A DNA stretch of 64,000 nucleotides, taken from positions 32,001 through 96,000 of IMG/VR virus record IMGVR_UViG_3300027985_000891; one strand, written 5' to 3'. The position numbers and the translations under genes are program-made. Numbering within the stretch: position 1 is the first letter of the stretch; each line of letters opens with the position of its first letter. This stretch comes from a virus. Of the stretch, positions 1-8,949 are shown piece after piece. The notes beneath the pieces were generated by a model, which saw nothing but the letters and a program-made list of their open reading frames with translations, was not told the DNA's origin and searched no databases.

Positions 1-497
1 AAACGAGGATCATAAAAACAACATTCTCCTCGACCAGTGTTTCCACCTGAAGTATGAAAGTGTTGCATATATCGACTAAACAATTCCGGATGTGCTGTCT
101 CATAAATACGATTCACATCTACTTCAAGTACATTCTGTCCACATCCACATTTCTCTGTATGACACTTAGGACACTTGAGATTAATCTCCAGCTCACATTT
201 AGATCCAAAAGCTTTCTGCGTAAACTGACTAACCTCTTCTCTAAGACAACAATTCTGAGGATCAATACGATATCCTGCCTGTACAATGAAGCGCATGTTC
301 TTAGGAAAGGCAGTCTTGTAGTCACGAACATCCAGGACCTCTATTCGATGTACCAGTTGTTGATCCGTTGTAAACCGGGATACAGCATCGTTTGCTTGCT
401 TTAATATCCATGGTTCATCCAACTCTCCCTCATGTCCAGAAAAGTCTATGTAGTCTTCCAGTACTGTCTGGATAGATATGAATTCATACTTTGCCAT
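1..497 (-). CDS. crAss-like tail tubular/ring protein, partial (runs off the window edge)
   Basis: Not in the ORF track. Hand translation from ATG at 497 gives MAKYEFISIQTVLEDYIDFSGHEGELDEPWILKQANDAVSRF..., open to position 1. TAATG overlap with the upstream gene. Position after the IHF-like gene fits crAss gene order. Confidence 0.6.
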   Translation of the reverse strand, partial: MAKYEFISIQTVLEDYIDFSGHEGELDEPWILKQANDAVSRFTTDQQLVHRIEVLDVRDYKTAFPKNMRFIVQAGYRIDPQNCCLREEVSQFTQKAFGSKCELEINLKCPKCHTEKCGCGQNVLEVDVNRIYETAHPELFSRYMQHFHTSGGNTGRGECCFYDPR

Positions 498-970
498 TAT
501 AAAACATCATAGTCTTTTATTTCCGGATCTGATGCACACTTCTTAATGTGACGAGCTAAAGCTTTAGTCGCATTTCTTACTGGTTTGAAAGAGTAAAATA
601 TTTCACTCCCCATTGAATTCCTTGGACCTCTTTCCCACTTCCATCTAAAATAGTACCGGTCAGTATGCATGTTGAGAAAGTATACAATCTTTCCTAACGC
701 CTTACTTTTGTTCCAGTCTATCCGATGTGCATTGAGCTGCGTCCTCAGATGTCTATATTTTCGAATGCATATCTTTCCTCTCATATAAGGTATATTGAAA
801 TGCACCCGGTTTTCAATTATCTCATCTCGTAGTATCTCCAGCATTCTGGAACATACTTTTCTAAATTCTTTCTTGGTCCTCGTTCCTCCTCTCGCTACAT
901 AGTCTTTATAAAAGTCATTGATCGAATATGTATAATGATATCCTTCTGCGTTCTTATAACTACTTAACAT
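497..970 (-). CDS. crAss-like conserved IHF/HU-like protein (gene-53 type)
   Basis: Basic 157 aa with FNIPYMRGKICIRK, IDWNKSK, VYFLNMHTDRYYFRWKW and YSFKPVR blocks typical of this crAss family; synteny. Confidence 0.7.
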   Translation of the reverse strand: MLSSYKNAEGYHYTYSINDFYKDYVARGGTRTKKEFRKVCSRMLEILRDEIIENRVHFNIPYMRGKICIRKYRHLRTQLNAHRIDWNKSKALGKIVYFLNMHTDRYYFRWKWERGPRNSMGSEIFYSFKPVRNATKALARHIKKCASDPEIKDYDVL

Positions 971-1697
971 TTATTTTGGTACTAGTGATATTATCATTAT
1001 CATCCTCAAGTATATCTGTACCCATTTGTTTAGCTCGATTGATCTGACCAATAGCCAAATCATAGACAGCCGGTAATAGGTCCGGATCCAGGATGAACTC
1101 TTTATTCTGTGGTTCCTGACAAGGATCTACATATCCCTTGCAGTCTGGATAGTATTGTACTTCTAAGGGGTTCTCAAAGATACCGGTAACAGTAACATGC
1201 TTCTTATGCACATCATTGTACAGGTATAGATAGGTTCCCTCAGATCTGGTTTTAACTGTATAGTACGCATAAGTACGTTGTGCGGATATACGAGAAGTAA
1301 TCTTATTCTTCATCCGTTCCCACTCTACATAACTATAAGTTACCTGACCATCTTTGGAGGTAACTGACTTTAATCGATCAAGCGGTTTAGGAATAGGATA
1401 TTTGATCTTAAGCCATTCGCATCCCGGAGCGGGAGCACATGGACATTCACTCGCGTTGGTCTTTTGAAGAGGTATGCAATCGATTGTTTGATAGTTCCAA
1501 TGAGACAGGTTTCTGTTTCTTAGAACTTTCTCACGAATCAACTTGGCCCTATATCGCAGAATATAATAATAAACCAGCCTGGTCGACCAACCACTCTGAT
1601 TTGATATTTGAACCTTGTCTGCCACCAACGTCCTAAACGCATTAATCACCTCGCGGTTGGTTATTCCAACCTGGAGATGCTTATGGTTTGTGGCCAT
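960..1697 (-). CDS. crAss-like tail ring/connector protein
   Basis: 245 aa with YQTIDCIPL, YLYLYN and VTGIFENP motifs; lies next to the IHF-like gene as in other crAss-like phages. Confidence 0.6.
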   Translation of the reverse strand: MATNHKHLQVGITNREVINAFRTLVADKVQISNQSGWSTRLVYYYILRYRAKLIREKVLRNRNLSHWNYQTIDCIPLQKTNASECPCAPAPGCEWLKIKYPIPKPLDRLKSVTSKDGQVTYSYVEWERMKNKITSRISAQRTYAYYTVKTRSEGTYLYLYNDVHKKHVTVTGIFENPLEVQYYPDCKGYVDPCQEPQNKEFILDPDLLPAVYDLAIGQINRAKQMGTDILEDDNDNITSTKINVK

Positions 1698-1699
1698 AC

Positions 1700-2467
1700 T
1701 TACAAGCTTGCGAGTTTAGATTCTGCTTCTGTTAACTTTTCTTCTAATGATGCTACTTTCTGAAGCAACTGTTGTATCTGTGCTTCATAGTCTGGTGCTT
1801 CTAATAATAGGATGCGATCCTTAACCGAACACATCTCCCGGTTCACCAGTTCCCGGTATGCTTTGACCGTAAGGTCTTGAGCACTACCTGTAGTATAATC
1901 TCGCACATCCATGATAGCGATCTTATCTCCTACTTCGGCAGTATTATATAGGTTGATTGTTTTAAGAAGTTCTATTTGTCCACATGGGCTTGTAATCCTT
2001 ATTTTCATATCTGCTACTACAGGATACTCACTAGGATTGATTACTACTGAACTATTAATATTGTTAGTACTTAATAAAGGTAAAGTAGATTTTGTGCCAT
2101 TGATGACTATTGAAGAACTTATGATTGAGAACCCAGAGGGGAGGGCTGAGCGTATATCACTCATATCCCAGGCAAAGTTTATCTCTCCAATGGAGTTAAT
2201 TGTACATCCATACCGTATTGTCTTATTGACAATTTGAGAAACACATAAACTTGAACCGGATCCTCCCAGACAATACATGTTGGCATCCACGGTATCATCC
2301 TGATCATCATTTGGAGTAAGATCTATGACACCGGCAAGTTTCTCCAAAACATAGTCGAGACTATCTCCAATGTCAACACCAAGAGCCGGTATATTGATAC
2401 CAACTTTGACACACTTTGCATTCGTTACATTGGCAATGCAATCAGCAGGAACTTGTTTTTCAGCCAT
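1700..2467 (-). CDS. putative virion protein with C-terminal coiled coil
   Basis: 255-aa ORF co-oriented in the structural operon; heptad-like C-terminus (EAQIQQLLQKVASLEEKL). Confidence 0.5.
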   Translation of the reverse strand: MAEKQVPADCIANVTNAKCVKVGINIPALGVDIGDSLDYVLEKLAGVIDLTPNDDQDDTVDANMYCLGGSGSSLCVSQIVNKTIRYGCTINSIGEINFAWDMSDIRSALPSGFSIISSSIVINGTKSTLPLLSTNNINSSVVINPSEYPVVADMKIRITSPCGQIELLKTINLYNTAEVGDKIAIMDVRDYTTGSAQDLTVKAYRELVNREMCSVKDRILLLEAPDYEAQIQQLLQKVASLEEKLTEAESKLASL

Positions 2468-2477
2468 AGTTTATTAT

Positions 2478-2618
2478 TTAATCACAGCACCCTTCCCGCT
2501 CTTTCTCCTTTTGAGCTTCACGTTCCAGGTATCGATCGTGCGCTTTGAGCATTAAAATTAAACATAAAGCCACAATAACTCCCATAGTTATTATACCTAC
2601 TACAATGTTACCTTCCAT
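2478..2618 (-). CDS. small single-pass membrane protein (46 aa)
   Basis: Hand translation MEGNIVVGIITMGVIVALCLILMLKAHDRYLEREAQKEKEREGCCD; fills the gap and overlaps the upstream stop by one base. Confidence 0.55.
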   Translation of the reverse strand: MEGNIVVGIITMGVIVALCLILMLKAHDRYLEREAQKEKEREGCCD

Positions 2619-4228
2619 TAGTATTCTTTTCTTTTCTCATAATCATAGGTTTCAATGCGATGATGTGCTACTGGAGAGGCCAATAGTATACCTGCTTTAA
2701 TCTCATTCTTCTTAGTACGCTCATATACATAAGCCATTACCAGATTCTCTGCTGGCCATAAATACTCTCTGTCACTAAAGATCTTTTTGCTTCCCTGTTT
2801 ACTAATCAGATGGGGCCAATTACAGAAAAAGATCTCTCCTATAGCATAGGCTACTTGATTATAATTATTGATATAGTCTATCTTGGTAGTGGTAGGTCCT
2901 TTACGTTCACCGAAGAACTCTTTACGCTTATCATTATTAACATTGTACCAAGCTACCTGGGTACTATTATTATGAAAGTGTTCACTGAAGCTTAGCTTAA
3001 GAAAATCGAGTTCTTCTTTTTTCATAATACGTAAACACGAGCGTAGCAGGTCAGGTACATTTCTGGTAAATCCTGACCTGCACACTCCTTGCTCTTCAGT
3101 AAGTGTCATATCATCTTCAAAGAATAACATATACTCATGAGCACTGTCATGAAAATGTTTGGCGGCAAACTCGCGTCCACCAGTGATTCCTATGTTATCT
3201 TGCTTGAGATGTGTGAAACCATACTTGTCACATAACTCTATATATAGTGGTTGTGTATCAGTCTCTGTAGAATTATCAATCAGGTATTTCTCAGTAAGTG
3301 TTAGTAGTTTTTTATCATACTTCTCCAGACTTTGTATAAGATACTCAAACTGTTTTGGCGTATTGAACGATATCACATAGAGTGCAATCTGTTTTCCAGT
3401 TTGATTTCCTTTGATTACTTCATCAAAGAAAGGTCCTATCCATCCATCTTGCAACTTATGAATACCCATAAGTTCAGGATATCGATGGGCTATAATTGTG
3501 AAGATCGATTCTTCAGTACCCATGTATCCTTGGTCAAGTGTCTCAGCTAACAAACCATAATAGATCCCATTGACTTCTTCAATTACATCTCCACTACCAC
3601 CAAAGAATCCTCCTCGTACTACATAATCTACAAAGTCTACTTCACAAAATTTATTCATCCCTTCCCGGGTAAACCCATGGATCTCCGTATTGGAATGATA
3701 AGGGTAGGACAACCATATGCTGTCGTAATTACAGATATAGTCATCCCATCCATTTGTAAGGGTTTGAAGTCCAACAGTATTTGTTATGCCGGCATCCAAC
3801 CAATAAAAGTGTGTAGAATCAAAAGGATTCCATATCCTTGCATTGTTGAGTAGAAATATTTTACTCATCACTACCGGATTATACCACTCAAGAGATGCTT
3901 GAGGTGAAGCTTGTAGCCACCCTCCTTCTCCGGTCTGTTCATACCAAGTCTGGGTAGTCCGGATAGTCTGGACTTTTTCCCAATGTGGTTTAAAGATTTG
4001 TTCTTTAATATCCTCCAGTTCAAATATCTTGATAAAAGTATTATGATCTTTTCTTCTATCTCTTACCCATCGTTCAAGCTTAGATGGCACATAGATAAAC
4101 ATGTGCATATCAACTTTAAGCAACTCTTCGAACCGAGCCATATAATGATCTTCAAACTTTCGCTCAAAACCTTGGGTTAGATCTGCACGACCCATATCCC
4201 ATAGACCGGTAACTAACACTGGACTCAT
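2618..4228 (-). CDS. two-domain glycosyltransferase (HtrL/WlaTC-like N-domain plus GT2-like C-domain)
   Basis: LVTGLWDMGR, YNPVVMSK, FYWLDAG, RGGFFGG and GYMGTEES motifs (HtrL-like); C-half has YLIDNS, NIGITGGR and MLFFEDD (GT-A DxD-like). Confidence 0.75.
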   Translation of the reverse strand: MSPVLVTGLWDMGRADLTQGFERKFEDHYMARFEELLKVDMHMFIYVPSKLERWVRDRRKDHNTFIKIFELEDIKEQIFKPHWEKVQTIRTTQTWYEQTGEGGWLQASPQASLEWYNPVVMSKIFLLNNARIWNPFDSTHFYWLDAGITNTVGLQTLTNGWDDYICNYDSIWLSYPYHSNTEIHGFTREGMNKFCEVDFVDYVVRGGFFGGSGDVIEEVNGIYYGLLAETLDQGYMGTEESIFTIIAHRYPELMGIHKLQDGWIGPFFDEVIKGNQTGKQIALYVISFNTPKQFEYLIQSLEKYDKKLLTLTEKYLIDNSTETDTQPLYIELCDKYGFTHLKQDNIGITGGREFAAKHFHDSAHEYMLFFEDDMTLTEEQGVCRSGFTRNVPDLLRSCLRIMKKEELDFLKLSFSEHFHNNSTQVAWYNVNNDKRKEFFGERKGPTTTKIDYINNYNQVAYAIGEIFFCNWPHLISKQGSKKIFSDREYLWPAENLVMAYVYERTKKNEIKAGILLASPVAHHRIETYDYEKRKEY

Positions 4229-5031
4229 GGTATTAATATATTTTCATAGTGATTATAAATATCTGGAAAGTGTTTTTGAAAACTAAATCTTCCATGGCTT
4301 CGATGTGGACTAGTTACGTGCAATGCTGTGATAGGAATATTCATCTGTGCATTGTAAAACTTATCTCCCTCTTTATAGATACCCCAGTCAGGTAAGCAAT
4401 TGTAGGCAGTGCTGCAAATATTTACATCCTCTTTATGAAGATAGTAATACATATTTAATACAAGAGTGTCAGTCCCATAGACATCATACGCTATATCAAA
4501 ATCTATTAACCACTCTTGCAATCGAGCGAACGCACAATAAGCTTTTACAGTACCACCTACAAAGCCTACCTGTAAAACATATCCTAGATCTTTCTTAACA
4601 TCTTCATACATCTCTTTCATTGAATGATGACCCATCTTAAGACAACCGGTTAGAAATCCTTGCCAGGTTGCATCATGTGTACAGGTTAAACCTTTACTGG
4701 TTCCTATCTCGTGCAAGAAGAGTGGAGCTATTTCATCACAGAACCATACGTCAGCATCATAGACAGCTAGTAGTGAATCAGGTTCATCTCTAAAATATTC
4801 AGCTATAGAACTGAATCGATCACATACATTAGACTTAAGTTTGTCAATTGATGGTATGATTTCTATATTGTTATCTTCTAGTATGTTTATTTGTTCTACA
4901 GTTAAACCTAAGTCTACTACATGAATCTTATCGTTCCAAGACCCCAGGGAGCGGAGGGAAGCTATAAATGGAACTAACATAGACTTATAAGCCTTTTCAT
5001 CACATGCCGTTACTATATAAAGATTAGTCAT
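4225..5031 (-). CDS. GT-A fold glycosyltransferase (GT8/nucleotide-diphospho-sugar transferase-like)
   Basis: IVTACD, VVDLGL, VYDADVWF (DxD), QVGFVGG, DTLVLN and AYNC motifs. Confidence 0.7.
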   Translation of the reverse strand: MTNLYIVTACDEKAYKSMLVPFIASLRSLGSWNDKIHVVDLGLTVEQINILEDNNIEIIPSIDKLKSNVCDRFSSIAEYFRDEPDSLLAVYDADVWFCDEIAPLFLHEIGTSKGLTCTHDATWQGFLTGCLKMGHHSMKEMYEDVKKDLGYVLQVGFVGGTVKAYCAFARLQEWLIDFDIAYDVYGTDTLVLNMYYYLHKEDVNICSTAYNCLPDWGIYKEGDKFYNAQMNIPITALHVTSPHRSHGRFSFQKHFPDIYNHYENILIP

Positions 5032-6222
5032 TTATCTTGTGTTACCATAATGAATAACTTTTACTCCAGGTATATCCGGACACTTTCTCCAAGGATCAAC
5101 TACAATCGATCCTGGAGCAATTATCGAGTGATCAAAATCATTATCATCTTGTACATTATAAGTTGCATAGCTGGAATGAGCTATCAAATATACTGCTGGA
5201 TTCTCGAGAATATTTTTAGGAGGTTTCTCGAAATATTGGTCATAATAATAAACTTCTCTTCCTAACTTCTCTACATAATATCCTACTAACATACTAGGAG
5301 AACCTTCTGTATAAGGCACTTTAGGTTTGTAGGTCTTACCCAATATAACTATAGGTAACCTATAGGAATGTAGCTTAATGGCCATATTCTTAGCCTGTCC
5401 CTCTCTGGCTTGCATGATACCACTAAATAAATCATAGTTCATATCCAGTTTATTAGCAAGCCAGCTAAGAGCTATGTTGTCTCGAGGATGACATGGTCCT
5501 CCATCACCCATACCAGCGATCATATACTTAGGGCTCATGATTCGCATATTGCTATGAGCCAAGGCATGAGTAACGACATCTACATTCATGTGTCCTAATT
5601 TTTCTGCTACATCCTGAATCATATTAACCAATGTAAGTTTAGCAGTGATGAACGTATTGTAGAAAATCTTAATTGACTCTGCTTCTTCCCAGGTACCTCT
5701 AACTATTCGAGGACTACGAGCTACTGTCTTATAGATTTGCTCTAAGCTATCCATTGCTGCTTCATCTTCTCCTCCCATGATAACCATTTCCGGTTTAATC
5801 ATATCCCAGCGTATGGTACCCATAGCTATAAGGTAAGGATTATAGATAAATCTCATGCCTTCAATATGAGGTAAAAGTACATTGCGAACTGTACCGGGAA
5901 GACAAGTGGATATCAAACAAACAATTTGATCTGACTTGACATAAGGTTTAATCGCTTGAAGTGCTTCAATAACATAGTCATATTTAAAGTTCTTAACTGG
6001 AAGACTTGTTGTAGGATTGGATCCGTCATATTGACTATCGTGTGGAGTCTGCACAGCAATAAAAATAAACCTGGCACCTTCAATAGTTTCCTGGACAGTG
6101 TCACACACCTTTACTTTTTCTGAAGTACGTGTGACAATATCGTAGCCAGTAACTGTATAGTGTTCTGCAAATGTTTCTGCACAAGTAAGCCCTAGTTTAC
6201 CTAGTCCTATAAAACTTATCAT
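5032..6222 (-). CDS. ugd: UDP-glucose/GDP-mannose 6-dehydrogenase family protein
   Basis: Rossmann IGLGKLG, IAVQTP, STCLPGT, AESIKIFYN, catalytic GMGDGGPCHPRD and ILGKTYKP; exact substrate not determinable. Confidence 0.85.
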   Translation of the reverse strand: MISFIGLGKLGLTCAETFAEHYTVTGYDIVTRTSEKVKVCDTVQETIEGARFIFIAVQTPHDSQYDGSNPTTSLPVKNFKYDYVIEALQAIKPYVKSDQIVCLISTCLPGTVRNVLLPHIEGMRFIYNPYLIAMGTIRWDMIKPEMVIMGGEDEAAMDSLEQIYKTVARSPRIVRGTWEEAESIKIFYNTFITAKLTLVNMIQDVAEKLGHMNVDVVTHALAHSNMRIMSPKYMIAGMGDGGPCHPRDNIALSWLANKLDMNYDLFSGIMQAREGQAKNMAIKLHSYRLPIVILGKTYKPKVPYTEGSPSMLVGYYVEKLGREVYYYDQYFEKPPKNILENPAVYLIAHSSYATYNVQDDNDFDHSIIAPGSIVVDPWRKCPDIPGVKVIHYGNTR

Positions 6223-7097
6223 TGTAGTACGATTTGATTGATTTTTAAACCTTTTAGTAAAGAGAGGTATAAAAAGTTTGAGATTCTTCCTTCACCATAA
6301 TAACCCAAAGTATATAGGCTCTTAGAGTTAGACAAAAGAATCATTTCAGTCATAGTGTCTTTTACATTATTCCTTTGTGTCTGCGGATCTGTATCGCGAA
6401 GAGGTATGTTGTTCGAAGGATGTCTAAAATTAAATCCCACAGATTTCTCTGTTACTCCTGTATACGTGATTACCGGATATTTAGACTTGACATATTCTTT
6501 AAGATAGGTAGAGTTACTACATACAAAGAACAACTCTTCTTTATGTTGTTCAAAAAATTGATCAATCCTTGGTTTGAAATGATCAACTTCTTCTGGAGTA
6601 TGCCTATCTTCCACTCGAATATGTGCACCCATATGTCCTAAAGTCCTATAGTGTTTAATAGCTGAAGGTTCTACAACGTCTATTTTGATCCTGGGTAAAG
6701 GATGATTCGCAAAACCGGCACAAGAATATGCTATCTGTTGTTGTTGATTATTGACATGCTCTTGAAGTATAGACTGTAATCTGGGCTCACAAAATATATC
6801 TAACCAGTGAGCACCAATCATATCTCTATTCTCTGTAGTATACACATAACTCTTTCCGCTGGGTTCTGTGTTGTATCGAGAGTTAACCTCTTTAATGGGA
6901 ACTGGAATACTGTTCTTATCAATAATATCAAACACACTCATAGTATCTGGCATATAGTAAGCATTACCATTGGTAGTAATCACTACTTCACTCTCATATC
7001 CCATAGCTCTAAACTCACTACATAGATTAACCGCCCAAGTAGTAGAAGCTATAAGATCCCCCAGCCCATATATGAAATTAACCTGAAGCTCTACCAT
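6219..7097 (-). CDS. putative fucosyltransferase-like glycosyltransferase (GT-B; GT11/GT23/O-FucT-like)
   Basis: N-terminal GLGD, GAHIR donor-binding motif, FFVCSNS and EMILLSNSKSL...SNF. Confidence 0.6.
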   Translation of the reverse strand: MVELQVNFIYGLGDLIASTTWAVNLCSEFRAMGYESEVVITTNGNAYYMPDTMSVFDIIDKNSIPVPIKEVNSRYNTEPSGKSYVYTTENRDMIGAHWLDIFCEPRLQSILQEHVNNQQQQIAYSCAGFANHPLPRIKIDVVEPSAIKHYRTLGHMGAHIRVEDRHTPEEVDHFKPRIDQFFEQHKEELFFVCSNSTYLKEYVKSKYPVITYTGVTEKSVGFNFRHPSNNIPLRDTDPQTQRNNVKDTMTEMILLSNSKSLYTLGYYGEGRISNFLYLSLLKGLKINQIVLQ

Positions 7098-7887
7098 GTT
7101 GTATTAAGATCTCTTTACTTCTCATTGCATGTACAATAGCAGGTTGTACATGAATATGTTCATCAGTCATATAGTCTCTAAATACCCATGGCTCATCTGT
7201 TGGGAGTCGACCGGCAAAGTGTCCTGTCCAATCACTTGCCCATAATTCTGGAGCAAGCCTTAGTTGATGCTTGTATACATTGCCCATGAGCATATGACCA
7301 GCATAAGCTAGTGCCGCTTCCTCTGTAAAAGTATGACCTTTAGTCTGAGCATGATTCCAAAACTCATACCCCAGGCGGTGGACGTGAAGTATAGCATCTC
7401 TTTTAACTGTCCATAAACCAGCATTAAGATTGAATACCATCTTAGATCTTACTCCTTTCTCCCACATTAACTGACAGAATTCTGGCAGAGGACATCCCCA
7501 CCAATCTTTTCGATAACCATGATCCTGATTACAATTACTTTCCATAGTAAAATGTATTGGACCATCATGACAATATCTTGTCATATCCCCGGGATGTCTA
7601 ACAAAATAGGAGTCAGCATCTATAAATGTAAAGTATTCATAGAACTGTCGACCTACATCTTTTAAGTAGTCCAGCTTAAACAAATAATGATTGTTGTTCT
7701 GGAAACCATATGGTAATTGGATGGTCTGTGTGTTAGGATCACTAATTTCTCTATCGGCAAATACAACGAAGGGTTCATCTACACCTACTGCTCTTGCTGA
7801 TCTGATCATTGCTTCTGTCATGTCTGTATACGTTCCAAAGCATACAGTCCAGTAGCACATTTTCTTCATGTTAATGCTTCTTCCCAC
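7078..7887 (-). CDS. GT-A fold glycosyltransferase
   Basis: VVFADR, FKLDYL, FIDADSYF (DxD), NAGLW and TEEAAL motifs; true start may be the MKKM a few codons in. Confidence 0.7.
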   Translation of the reverse strand: MGRSINMKKMCYWTVCFGTYTDMTEAMIRSARAVGVDEPFVVFADREISDPNTQTIQLPYGFQNNNHYLFKLDYLKDVGRQFYEYFTFIDADSYFVRHPGDMTRYCHDGPIHFTMESNCNQDHGYRKDWWGCPLPEFCQLMWEKGVRSKMVFNLNAGLWTVKRDAILHVHRLGYEFWNHAQTKGHTFTEEAALAYAGHMLMGNVYKHQLRLAPELWASDWTGHFAGRLPTDEPWVFRDYMTDEHIHVQPAIVHAMRSKEILIQHGRASG

Positions 7888-8897
7888 ATTCGAACATGAT
7901 CCTCATAGTTGCAGAGTTCTTCACGAGCATGCTCACTGCAACGTTTAGACATGTCAAACCGGTATTCTAGGTTATGAAATAAGATCTTAATTATCTGTTT
8001 CCACTCATAGATATCATCTACAATGAAACCAGTTTGTTTATCCTTGATAAGATTTTCTAAGTTGTGACCAGACTGGACAATTGGAATAGCTCCAGTAAGC
8101 ATTGCTTCTACTGTACTTCTTCCCCAAGACTCTATAAAGTTATGTCCCAGGGGATAAGCAAAGATATCCAATCCGTATAGAAAGTCTTTAACCGGCATTG
8201 CATTTGGCTCAAGAAGCGTCCATCGATACTTTCTTTTCCAATTATGCCAGGCATACTTGCGCTTTAAATCTTCATCCCATGCCATCACTCGAAAAGCTAT
8301 TCTTCTAGGATCTAAACCTTCTACCATTTCTTCATAAAAGACAGGGAAATCTTCTGGATACTTATAACTATCTGCCCGGGATACTCTACCGATACCAATA
8401 GTCTCAGATGATCTTAACCTAAAAGGGAACAAATCAGGATTGATATAATTACCTGTCATCACCCAGGGAATATTAGGAGGATAGGTAAGTCTGGCTCGTT
8501 GTACTTCAGAGACATAAAGAACTTTACTGATATAGCCTTTATTGATGTAATCCATTTCCTGAGTATGGTGCCACATCATTTCAGAAGACCAGATGATTTT
8601 TAGTCCTTTATTGTATGCGTCTTCTACAAACTTGTCTTTAAAAAAGTAAGGGTTACAAAGCGAGAGTGCAATGTCTCCCGGTTGGTAACCCTTCATATCC
8701 TCTTTTAAACCGTAGCTAATCCCTAGCGAGTCCAGATATGCAGTCATCGCATTTGGCGGATCATACATTTCTGGTGCATTCGCTATACACATCACTTGAT
8801 CAAACAATTCTTTGAAGATCGGAAGTGTGTGATACATCTTTGTGTCAGCACCACCCAATTCTCCGGGCATGCCGTATATCCATAGTCGTCTACTCAC
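7866..8897 (-). CDS. GT4-family (GT-B) glycosyltransferase
   Basis: GGAD near the N-terminus, YVSEVQ, IGRVSR, EX7E motif ESWGRSTVEAM and LIKDKQTGFIV. Confidence 0.8.
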   Translation of the reverse strand: MSRRLWIYGMPGELGGADTKMYHTLPIFKELFDQVMCIANAPEMYDPPNAMTAYLDSLGISYGLKEDMKGYQPGDIALSLCNPYFFKDKFVEDAYNKGLKIIWSSEMMWHHTQEMDYINKGYISKVLYVSEVQRARLTYPPNIPWVMTGNYINPDLFPFRLRSSETIGIGRVSRADSYKYPEDFPVFYEEMVEGLDPRRIAFRVMAWDEDLKRKYAWHNWKRKYRWTLLEPNAMPVKDFLYGLDIFAYPLGHNFIESWGRSTVEAMLTGAIPIVQSGHNLENLIKDKQTGFIVDDIYEWKQIIKILFHNLEYRFDMSKRCSEHAREELCNYEDHVRMWEEALT

Positions 8898-8905
8898 ACA
8901 TTAAA

Positions 8906-8939
8906 GATAATCCTTCTATTTTATTTTAGAAGGATTATC
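8906..8939. promoter_or_regulatory. perfect 13-bp inverted repeat (terminator/attenuator or operator)
   Basis: GATAATCCTTCTA-8 nt-TAGAAGGATTATC in the short gap between the 1938-aa gene and the glycosylation cluster. Confidence 0.55.
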
Positions 8940-8949
8940 CTTGATGTTT

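Noticed and set aside
54-404. ORFs 54-404 (+) and 119-331 (-)
   Set aside because: They overlap the longer minus-strand frame from 497 to the window edge, which fits the operon.
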